A stretch of DNA of 64,000 nt from Minisyncoccota bacterium (GTDB lineage: Bacteria > Patescibacteriota > Minisyncoccia > Phycocordibacterales > UBA9973), in contig DALYDY010000004.1 of assembly GCA_031972855.1 (NCBI GenBank), positions 6,697-70,696 of the forward strand. The letters are read 5' to 3'. Under the pieces are notes generated by a model. That model was given only the letters and a program-made list of their open reading frames with translations, was not told the DNA's origin and did not search any database. The position numbers and the translations under genes were made by a program. This document shows positions 38,533-45,950 of this stretch, in pieces (the first letter of the stretch is position 1; the number at the start of each line of letters is the position of its first letter).

Positions 38533-38582
38533 CAAAATTAAAAGACAGAACATTGTTCTGTCTTTTAATTTTGTCCCCTCAG
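38524..38582 (+). repeat. 28-bp perfect hairpin that incorporates the tRNA-Lys 3' end
   Basis: Arm 38524-38551 (ctgaggggacaaaattaaaagacagaac) is reverse complementary to 38555-38582, with a 3-nt loop. Confidence 0.6.
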
Positions 38583-38741
38583 AACAAGCAAATTGCTTTG
38601 CTTGTGTTAGGAATCGAAAGGAGTTTCATTATCGAGTTTACGAGATTGAAACTCACCCGCGACCGTAGGGCGAGATCCCTACTGAGGCTCATATAAAAAT
38701 TGTGCGTTTCGAACAACGTGAGAGGCGATCCCTACTAAGTC

Positions 38742-39278
38742 TTATATTAGTAAGAATTTTAAAACAACATAATTAAAACTTAAATTTACTAACAAATGTG
38801 AAATCGTAAGTAGATAAATATTTCTAAATTTTAGAAAATGCCAACCCCAAAAATAACCTCCAAAAAAAGTAAGTCCGGCAAAAGCAATTCCTACACTAGA
38901 CCAGGTATAAGGAGCAATCAAATGTAATATTACAAAAATGACAACACTAATCCATAATGCTTTTTGTTTACCAAATTTTTCTAGCCAACTAACCAATAAT
39001 CCTCTAAATATTATTTCCTGTAAAAGCACTATTACTAATAGTGGTAGAAATGGATCCCTATCCACCATCCAATCAGGAAGATTTATAAATTTATAAAAAA
39101 GAGTTAATTGTATTAAAGTAAAAACACTAATATTAAATAACAAAACTTGCCACCAACCATTAAAAAATGATTTAGGTTTTAATCCTAATTTTTCCCAAGC
39201 AATATTTTTTATTAAAAGAACTAGTGTCAGTAATACTATACTGGTTCCAAATATAAATATATTTTCTGTGTAAGTCAT
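38742..39278 (-). CDS. CPBP-family intramembrane metalloprotease (second paralog)
   Basis: Motifs QEIIFRG (EExxxR), VILHL (FxxxH) and SHLLVN (HxxxN). The gene is embedded in the tRNA island. Confidence 0.7.
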   Translation of the reverse strand: MTYTENIFIFGTSIVLLTLVLLIKNIAWEKLGLKPKSFFNGWWQVLLFNISVFTLIQLTLFYKFINLPDWMVDRDPFLPLLVIVLLQEIIFRGLLVSWLEKFGKQKALWISVVIFVILHLIAPYTWSSVGIAFAGLTFFGGYFWGWHFLKFRNIYLLTISHLLVNLSFNYVVLKFLLI

Positions 39279-39386
39279 ATTTTTAATTATACATTATACA
39301 TAAAAAACAACCAATATTTCTTCTCTTTGAAAAATTTAAAACTTATGGTAATATTTCTATACAAAATCATTATTGATATTGTATAT

Positions 39387-39468
39387 GCTCGGGTGGCGTA
39401 ATTGGTAGCCGCGCCTGTCTTAGGAACAGGTGGAGTGATCCATGGAGGTTCAAGTCCTCTCCCGAGCA
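39387..39468 (+). tRNA. tRNA-Leu (anticodon UAG)
   Basis: Type II tRNA with acceptor GCTCGGG/CCCGAGC, anticodon loop CTTAGGA and a long variable arm. Confidence 0.85.
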
Positions 39469-39470
39469 CA

Positions 39471-39495
39471 AAAAAGTCCCTAATAGGGACTTTTT
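39471..39495 (+). terminator. Intrinsic terminator (aaaaagtccc taata gggacttttt)
   Basis: A perfect stem plus a T-run right after tRNA-Leu(UAG). Confidence 0.6.
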
Positions 39496-39503
39496 GCTTG
39501 GGA

Positions 39504-39529
39504 AGCAAGTAAACTGCTTTACTTGCGTG
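39504..39529 (+). repeat. 26-nt hairpin motif, copy 2 (exact)
   Basis: Identical to 37955-37980 and followed by the related motif aggacttgaaagcc. Confidence 0.55.
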
Positions 39530-39581
39530 AGGACTTGAAAGCCGGAGCTATGATTTTTCAGCAGAAAAATAAGCGAGGCGG

Positions 39582-39635
39582 GGTCGAACAAAAATTTCTG
39601 CAGAAATTTTTGTTCGACCAAGTCTCCCGAGCACA
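39582..39635 (+). pseudogene. 38-nt perfect palindrome followed by a degenerate copy of the tRNA-Leu(UAG) 3' end (tRNA fragment)
   Basis: ggtcgaacaaaaatttctg|cagaaatttttgttcgacc, then caagtctcccgagcaca against tRNA caagtcctctcccgagcaca, a 3-nt deletion. Confidence 0.4.
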
Positions 39636-39764
39636 CAATAAAAAGCCTCAAAAATGAGGTTTACATTATTTATAAACCTCGCGTAGATATGACTGATATC
39701 GAGCGGAGCAGAAAATTAAGCATAATTTTACGCGTGTTTAGAAATAATGTGAACCGAATGTCTA

Positions 39765-39793
39765 TTGACTTTTTTATATAAAAAGTGTATAAT
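39765..39793 (+). promoter_or_regulatory. Sigma70-type promoter for the 39816 gene (TTGACT-17-TATAAT)
   Basis: -35 at 39765-39770 and -10 at 39788-39793 preceded by TG. The ATG lies 23 nt downstream. Confidence 0.45.
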
Positions 39794-39815
39794 ATATACA
39801 AAATTAATTGACAAA

Positions 39816-40934
39816 ATGGAAATAATAAACACAATCATTTGGGCAGTAATTATCACTGGGTTGATAATTGGAACGCCACTCTTCTACTTCTACTACTTTC
39901 CCCTATTAAAAGAATACCTTTCAAGAGAAGATTTTAGTAAAGGTATAGAAAGCAGATTTTTTACTACAGTTCCAGCTGGAGCTGTAATCGTTATTAAAAA
40001 AGGAGATACACCAGTAAAATATATTGGTAATATTTCCGGTAAAGATGTAAATCCTGACACAGGAGAAATTTTTCAAAAAAATGATCCTAATAAGCCGGTT
40101 TTTACTCCGGCTTCAAACAAAGGCTTTGTATGGATGAATCTATATCCAATGTATCGTAAACACACATACAACCACAGTTGGGTGAAGTATGCTATTAAAG
40201 ATAAGACAACAATGAAGTATGAATTTATTTCTCGCGATGAATCTGTATCTCAAATCAAAGCACTTTATCCTTATGCGGTAAGAGTCAGTGAGTGTGAGAC
40301 GAGTAATGGTATTGCTATTGATATGGATTTGGTTATTGGAGTGGAACTCACTCATGCTGGAGTAGCATTGTTTGGATCAAGTAATTATCTTGCTCTTCTA
40401 ACTGGAAGAGTCTCGGACGTGGTTCGTGAATACGTGGGAAGAAGATCATTAGATGATGTAACAAAAGAAACAAAAGCTGAAACAAAAAACGAAGTAGCAT
40501 TAGATGATCTTATTGGTGGAATTTTATCTATCAACGAAGATCATTCAAGCGAAGGAGGAAATCCAAGTATTACAAGTACAACAGGTGTAAGAATCAATTC
40601 GGTAAACTTTATTGGCTATCAACTTGCCCCAAGCTTTGAAGCAGTTAAAAAGGCTCGTATTGATCTTGATGCAGCAAAAGTTCAAACAGACATTGCTGAA
40701 GAAGGTTTAAAGAAAGCCAAGAAAGATGCGGACGGTGAAGCTTATCATGAAGAAACAGTTGGTAAAGCTAAAAACAAACCTAAAATTGAATTGGCCAACG
40801 CAATGAAAGAAAATCCTCACGCCAAAACAATTCTGATCGCTAACGCCCTTGAGAACACAAAAATCAAAACATTAGTATTAGGTGATAAAAGTACAAACAT
40901 TCTTTTAGATGGAAAGGATGACAACAATGCTTAG
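39816..40934 (+). CDS. Membrane-anchored SPFH/band-7-like protein, tentative
   Basis: N-terminal TM helix, a central beta/alpha region resembling SPFH, and a C-terminal K/A/E-rich coiled coil. Confidence 0.4.
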   Translation: MEIINTIIWAVIITGLIIGTPLFYFYYFPLLKEYLSREDFSKGIESRFFTTVPAGAVIVIKKGDTPVKYIGNISGKDVNPDTGEIFQKNDPNKPVFTPASNKGFVWMNLYPMYRKHTYNHSWVKYAIKDKTTMKYEFISRDESVSQIKALYPYAVRVSECETSNGIAIDMDLVIGVELTHAGVALFGSSNYLALLTGRVSDVVREYVGRRSLDDVTKETKAETKNEVALDDLIGGILSINEDHSSEGGNPSITSTTGVRINSVNFIGYQLAPSFEAVKKARIDLDAAKVQTDIAEEGLKKAKKDADGEAYHEETVGKAKNKPKIELANAMKENPHAKTILIANALENTKIKTLVLGDKSTNILLDGKDDNNA

Positions 40935-41490
40935 TATTGCAATTATTCTTTTTTTGATACTTTGGGGAATAATTTTTTGGATTAATAAAATAATCAAAAA
41001 ACCAACAATCCAAACAGTGCAAGGTGGTGGTAATCAAAACACTACCAACACAACGGCAGGGACAGGAACAACAAACCCTGCACCCGCCCCAAGACCAGCA
41101 CGTACACCAACAAATAAATTTTCTTTATGGAATATAATTGTTAGTTTATTGATTATTGTTTTGCTTGTTGGGTTTATTGTGAGAATGAATACTTCTTATT
41201 CCCAAAAGATTACACTCAAAAAAGGGCAAGATTACACTTTCGATGTTTACAACGAAAGAGTAGTAATCAATCCCCAAGTTCATTGTGTTCACGTCATTTA
41301 TCCAGACCATGCAGAATACACATTCTGTCCAAGTATTCCGGTTAATGCTGGAGAGCACGGTGTTGGTTTGTATCGTTTACAAGCAACAACTGATTCACAA
41401 ATAGTAATAATATCTAAAGAACCTTTGACTTTTACTAATAAATTAGGTTTTTGGATAAGACCAACGAATTGGAATCTTTTGTTCGATTAG
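40909..41490 (+). CDS. Two-TM membrane protein with a T/N/P-rich linker and a C-terminal beta-rich domain (possible NfeD-like partner)
   Basis: Overlaps the upstream gene, and its topology is TM, linker, TM, globular tail. Confidence 0.3.
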   Translation: MERMTTMLSIAIILFLILWGIIFWINKIIKKPTIQTVQGGGNQNTTNTTAGTGTTNPAPAPRPARTPTNKFSLWNIIVSLLIIVLLVGFIVRMNTSYSQKITLKKGQDYTFDVYNERVVINPQVHCVHVIYPDHAEYTFCPSIPVNAGEHGVGLYRLQATTDSQIVIISKEPLTFTNKLGFWIRPTNWNLLFD

Positions 41491-41515
41491 CTCTTTAGTT
41501 GCACCACTTGCAACA

Positions 41516-41545
41516 AAAAGCCCCACCTTATGGCGGGGCTTTTTT
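41516..41545 (+). terminator. Intrinsic terminator (agcccc acc ttat ggc ggggct, then a T-run)
   Basis: A GC stem followed by a T-run. Confidence 0.6.
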
Positions 41546-41646
41546 ATTTATTTTTATTTTGTCGAGCGAGGAATAAGTAAAAAATATTTTTACATTATTC
41601 GAGTCGAAGACAAAACATAAATTTAAATATTCTAATCTTTAAATTT

Positions 41647-41967
41647 CTATTTCCCTATACTTTTCAAATCTACAGTATGTTCTGGTGCTTTAAAGTCAAA
41701 AGTATTTACAATAAGACGTATAATGCCGTATACACTCATCATAATTACAAGACCTATCAAACCCCACATCATATGCTGACCTCCTGTTGCTCTTGCGTCA
41801 CTCTTTTCACCGTCTTTTAGGTACATAAAGACACCCCAAAGAAAATAAATCAAAGCTGCAACAAATAGAAGAAAAACTAGCGGATTAATAACCTTGTCGA
41901 GAAGTCTATTAATCAAAGTTTCAGCAACTCCTGCGTGAACTATTTGTGTAAAAGGAATTAACCACAT
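41647..41967 (-). CDS. VirB2/TrbC-like (T4SS-pilin-like) two-helix membrane protein, paralog 1 (no signal peptide)
   Basis: Shares the core domain ...YFLWGVFMYL..GD.....MMWGLIGLVIMMSVYGI... with the next three genes. Confidence 0.4.
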   Translation of the reverse strand: MWLIPFTQIVHAGVAETLINRLLDKVINPLVFLLFVAALIYFLWGVFMYLKDGEKSDARATGGQHMMWGLIGLVIMMSVYGIIRLIVNTFDFKAPEHTVDLKSIGK

Positions 41968-41975
41968 GTATTATT

Positions 41976-42371
41976 TTAATAACAACCAGTACTAGATATT
42001 CCATTAACTGGATTAACAACTGTTCTAGGACTTGTTCCTGGAGGACAAGTGATTGCACCGGTTCCACCTTGACCAGCTTGTGTTGTTTGACGAAGAATAC
42101 CTACAATTCCCCATATAGAAGTCATTATAAAAAGACCAATAATTCCATATATCATTTGTGTACGAGCGTCACCCTTTTTTGCTGGGTCTGCTCTCATAAA
42201 AGTAATCACTGTCCAGAGGAAGTAAACAAAAGCTCCAATCATAATAACATTAATAAGTCCACCAAGAGCACCTTTACCTGCATTAAATACATTATTAATG
42301 TAATCAAAATTTTGTGCAAAAGCTAGAGCTGGAAGCGCAAGCATACTTGCAAGAGGAATAAATTTTTTCAT
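41976..42371 (-). CDS. VirB2/TrbC-like pilin-like protein, paralog 2
   Basis: Sec signal peptide (MKKFIPLASMLALPALAFA), two TM helices with the conserved FLW ... GD ... GIIGLFIMTSIWGI, and a Cys-containing tail. Confidence 0.45.
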   Translation of the reverse strand: MKKFIPLASMLALPALAFAQNFDYINNVFNAGKGALGGLINVIMIGAFVYFLWTVITFMRADPAKKGDARTQMIYGIIGLFIMTSIWGIVGILRQTTQAGQGGTGAITCPPGTSPRTVVNPVNGISSTGCY

Positions 42372-42464
42372 AATAAAAAATTATTAATAAATAATAAAAA
42401 CTAATAGTACATAGACACGACAGCGCCTACTTTATATATTATACAAAATATATATGTAATAGTG

Positions 42465-43271
42465 CTAGTTTGATTTTGGGGATTCTACTTTTGGTATATA
42501 AGTCCCATCAACACCGAGAGTGGTTGTAGCAATTTTTACAATACCCCAAACAGAAGTCATTACAAAAAGCGAGACAATTCCATACCACATAAAATTAAGA
42601 CCTTCTTGACGCTTTGTTGTATTGTCGCCATTTTTCATGAATTTAAATATACCCCAAAGAAATACTAAGAAAGCAAGAATAAATATTATAGGAATAACCA
42701 TTCCAGCCAAAACACATTTCACCAAAAGAAAAATATCATTAATGGTTGATATTCCAGAAGGACAACCGTTTGATGATGCACTACCATAAGAAATATTCTG
42801 CACTTGAGGACCTGTTGTAATAAAAGCTCCACCACCTCCAGCAGTTGGGCCAGTAGATATTGCAGGACCACCTCCTCCTGCTGTTGGGCCAGTGTTTACT
42901 ACTCCACCAAAACCACCTACTCCTCCTCCACCTCCAAGAGCGCCAAGGGCGTTCATAATAGCAGAACAAGCTGAAGGGAGTTTTTGACAAACTTCTGGAT
43001 AAAGTTGAATGAGTATATACAAAGATTGAGAGCTAATCTGTCCTGTCGTACGACATGTTTGTCTAACTTTTTCACGTTGAGCAACTTGTTCTGGTGTATC
43101 AGTAGATACTGGTACACCTCCACAAATATACGGAAAAGCCATAGTAATAGCAGTAAACGCTGCTGTCAAAGCAATGTTTGTTTCTTGTTCAGTCAGCGCT
43201 TCAGCTTTTTGTGGAATGGCTGGAAGTATAAATGAAAGTATTAATAGTGAGGAAATAATTATTTTTTTCAT
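42465..43271 (-). CDS. VirB2/TrbC-like pilin-like protein, paralog 3, with an inserted Gly-rich repeat region
   Basis: Signal peptide, a Cys-rich mature region, GGGGxGGFGG / TGPTAGGGG repeats, and a C-terminal two-helix pilin-like domain. Confidence 0.45.
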   Translation of the reverse strand: MKKIIISSLLILSFILPAIPQKAEALTEQETNIALTAAFTAITMAFPYICGGVPVSTDTPEQVAQREKVRQTCRTTGQISSQSLYILIQLYPEVCQKLPSACSAIMNALGALGGGGGVGGFGGVVNTGPTAGGGGPAISTGPTAGGGGAFITTGPQVQNISYGSASSNGCPSGISTINDIFLLVKCVLAGMVIPIIFILAFLVFLWGIFKFMKNGDNTTKRQEGLNFMWYGIVSLFVMTSVWGIVKIATTTLGVDGTYIPKVESPKSN

Positions 43272-43278
43272 AATTTTA

Positions 43279-43737
43279 TTAATTAAATATATCTTTTATT
43301 GTTGCAATAACAACTTTTGCAATTGTATATGCTCCTAAAAATAGTACTGTACCTATAACAACATTAAGAAGATTTTGACGAGCTTTTTTTAATTTTGTAC
43401 TATCCCCACGAGCCTCAATAAAAAGAAATCCAGCCCACAACAAGAAACAAACTATTATGGGAACACCTATTAGGTATACCAATTTTAAAAGTCTTTCAAT
43501 CAACTCTTGTAGATTGGTGGCTTTGATAGGATTATCAATCTTAAATGAAAGTTTAAAAGATTTTCCTGATTCTGTAGATGAATTTGATGTTCCTGTAGAT
43601 GTTCCGCCTCCAGATGTAGATGTACCAGTAGAAGTTCCTTGAGCATAAGCTGTATTTTGATTATTTGAAATTGAATTAGAAAATCCTCCAAATAAAATTA
43701 TTCCCAAAATTCCGCTAGTAAGCAATATTTTTTTCAT
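43279..43737 (-). CDS. VirB2/TrbC-like pilin-like protein, paralog 4 (S/T/G-rich mature N-terminus)
   Basis: Signal peptide, then GTSTGTSTSGGGTSTGTS, then the two-helix domain. Confidence 0.4.
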   Translation of the reverse strand: MKKILLTSGILGIILFGGFSNSISNNQNTAYAQGTSTGTSTSGGGTSTGTSNSSTESGKSFKLSFKIDNPIKATNLQELIERLLKLVYLIGVPIIVCFLLWAGFLFIEARGDSTKLKKARQNLLNVVIGTVLFLGAYTIAKVVIATIKDIFN

Positions 43738-43751
43738 ATAAATATTATACA

Positions 43752-45947
43752 TTATGAATTAAAAAAAGTTTTAAACACTGGATCAACTCCGGACAAAGCA
43801 TCTTCTCCAACTAAGAGCATAATAACAGTCTTTATAAGAAGCCAAGCTGCAAGCGCAATAGCATATCCGATAACGACAGCAAGTAATCTTCTCTTTGCTG
43901 TTGCCATTGCAACAACATTCCCTCCTGCAGTAAAGAATTCAAAAGATGTTTTAAATAACATCCAAAGCATAATAGGTGTAGCTATTAATGTAAGGGCATA
44001 ATTAATAAATTTATTAACAGTAAGCATCAACATATCAAAATCACAAGCAGGTTGTCCTGGGCGACCACAAAGAACAAACCCACCTGTTGGAACTGTTATA
44101 TCTTCACCTATACCATCAAATATTCCTCCACCAGTTCCACCACTGCCACCTTCTCCATTTTCACCGCCTGTAGACCCTCCTAAAGTGTCGTCGGGACTAA
44201 TCTTCTTTACGTTCTCTGTTTCAAATTCTTCTGAGACTCTCTCTAGTCTACCTTGAGTATTTATAAAAGGAGTACCGTCTGGATGTAGAGGTCTTACTAC
44301 AGCATTGTATACACCTGTTGCAAGATCTCTAAACTTTGCACTCACAACAAAAACTCTATCTGTTGTAGAAAAACCATCCATATCTTCTTGTTTTGGCAAA
44401 ATTTCATTAAACGTTCCCTTTTTAACCAAAAAAATTGTAACTTTATCATCAGGTGCTAGATTTGTAACTTTTCCGGTAACAATAAAAGCATTATTTTTCT
44501 TTGACCATACTGTAGTGATTGAAGAATCAATTACAGGTATACGATTTGGATTTACTCCTCCAATAAACAATCTTTTATATTCCTCTCTGTCATTTATATC
44601 ATTATAATCAAGACTCATTTTAAAAACATAGTTTCCAGGAAGAATAGTTCCAAAATTGGAACAATAATTTCCTACTTTTGTACTAGTATTATTTTGTATA
44701 TTAAAATCAGTTCCTTTTTTTATTATTGTTGTATTATCATAATCTGGTCTTATTGTAGGAGTAGAACCTGAAGTATCTAGAACACCTCTTGTTAAAGATA
44801 TTTGAACATTAGCAATTTTATCTGTTTGATCAACAATTCCACAAACATTATATGTATTATCATTTAATTTTGCGGCTGTTATTTTTGAAGATTCTCCAAC
44901 AGGAGTTGGTGTTGTGTTTGTAATTTTTGAAATATCGGCTCCATTTCCATTTGAAAAAGTTTTCATTGCAAGTTTAATACTGAAGGGAGTCTTCTCTGCT
45001 GTCTCAGCTTCCTCTGTTGCAGGATCATCTGTTACCAAAGCTTCTATAGTTACGACATATTCTGTATTAGGAATTAATCCGATTATTTCCGCACATCTGT
45101 TTTGTTTTCTGGTTAGAAGATCTAATGTTTCTCCAGTAGATAAATCTTTTGTTGTAGAAAATGCTGGTGTTCCAGGAACCATAGCTCCATTTGTATATGT
45201 TCCTCTAACAATTGTTACTTTTCCATTTGCTGCATATTTTTGGAGCACAGTACAAAATTTGTGTCCAATGTCTGTTTTTGTTAATTTAGCACTTACAAAA
45301 GGCTCTATGAGTGCAATATTTGAACCTGTGTCATTTGCTTGGACAGGAGAACCAATATTAACTAAATTTGATCCATAACCTTTATTTACAAGAAGTATTT
45401 CTGGTATGTATTTTTTACCTTTTTCAAGTCCTGAAAAAAATATTGTACCTTCATTTGATGGTGTATTTATTTTGAGTGGAACTTCCTGCCAAGATACAAG
45501 TGTTCCTTTTATAAGATCATTTGGAGTATCTATTTGTTTTGGAACAGCATTATAAAGAATTATAAAAAGAGAATTTCTTTTTGTAACCTGTTCACTACCA
45601 ACTTTTTCATAAAAAGATTTTCTGTGGTATGGTTCACTACCATTTGTACCCCACCCAACATCATCATAAAATTTTACATAAGTTGTATTTGTATCTTTTA
45701 ATTCTCCTGTACTTTCAACATCATCTTTCGTAAGAATTTTTATAGTAGAAGTCTTTGTTGTACCAGATACTGCTGTTGAAGAATATTTAAAATATAATTT
45801 TGTACCATCATTCCCAGCTTTTGTATTTTCTGCAAAATCAGAAACTATTGAAGTTGTAAAATCAAGAGCTGCTTTTGTTTTTATGGGAAATAAAACAAAA
45901 AAACTAACAGCTATAATTGAAAATGATATTTGTAAAAATTTTTTCAT
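43752..45947 (-). CDS. Large secreted surface protein (731 aa) with a C-terminal pilin-like two-helix domain; candidate adhesin or pilus subunit
   Basis: Signal peptide, a long beta-rich ectodomain, a Gly-rich linker (GGSTGGENGEGGSGGTGGG), and a C-terminus IMLWMLFK...AVVIGYAIALAAWLLIK homologous to the four upstream paralogs. Confidence 0.5.
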   Translation of the reverse strand: MKKFLQISFSIIAVSFFVLFPIKTKAALDFTTSIVSDFAENTKAGNDGTKLYFKYSSTAVSGTTKTSTIKILTKDDVESTGELKDTNTTYVKFYDDVGWGTNGSEPYHRKSFYEKVGSEQVTKRNSLFIILYNAVPKQIDTPNDLIKGTLVSWQEVPLKINTPSNEGTIFFSGLEKGKKYIPEILLVNKGYGSNLVNIGSPVQANDTGSNIALIEPFVSAKLTKTDIGHKFCTVLQKYAANGKVTIVRGTYTNGAMVPGTPAFSTTKDLSTGETLDLLTRKQNRCAEIIGLIPNTEYVVTIEALVTDDPATEEAETAEKTPFSIKLAMKTFSNGNGADISKITNTTPTPVGESSKITAAKLNDNTYNVCGIVDQTDKIANVQISLTRGVLDTSGSTPTIRPDYDNTTIIKKGTDFNIQNNTSTKVGNYCSNFGTILPGNYVFKMSLDYNDINDREEYKRLFIGGVNPNRIPVIDSSITTVWSKKNNAFIVTGKVTNLAPDDKVTIFLVKKGTFNEILPKQEDMDGFSTTDRVFVVSAKFRDLATGVYNAVVRPLHPDGTPFINTQGRLERVSEEFETENVKKISPDDTLGGSTGGENGEGGSGGTGGGIFDGIGEDITVPTGGFVLCGRPGQPACDFDMLMLTVNKFINYALTLIATPIMLWMLFKTSFEFFTAGGNVVAMATAKRRLLAVVIGYAIALAAWLLIKTVIMLLVGEDALSGVDPVFKTFFNS

Positions 45948-45950
45948 AAA

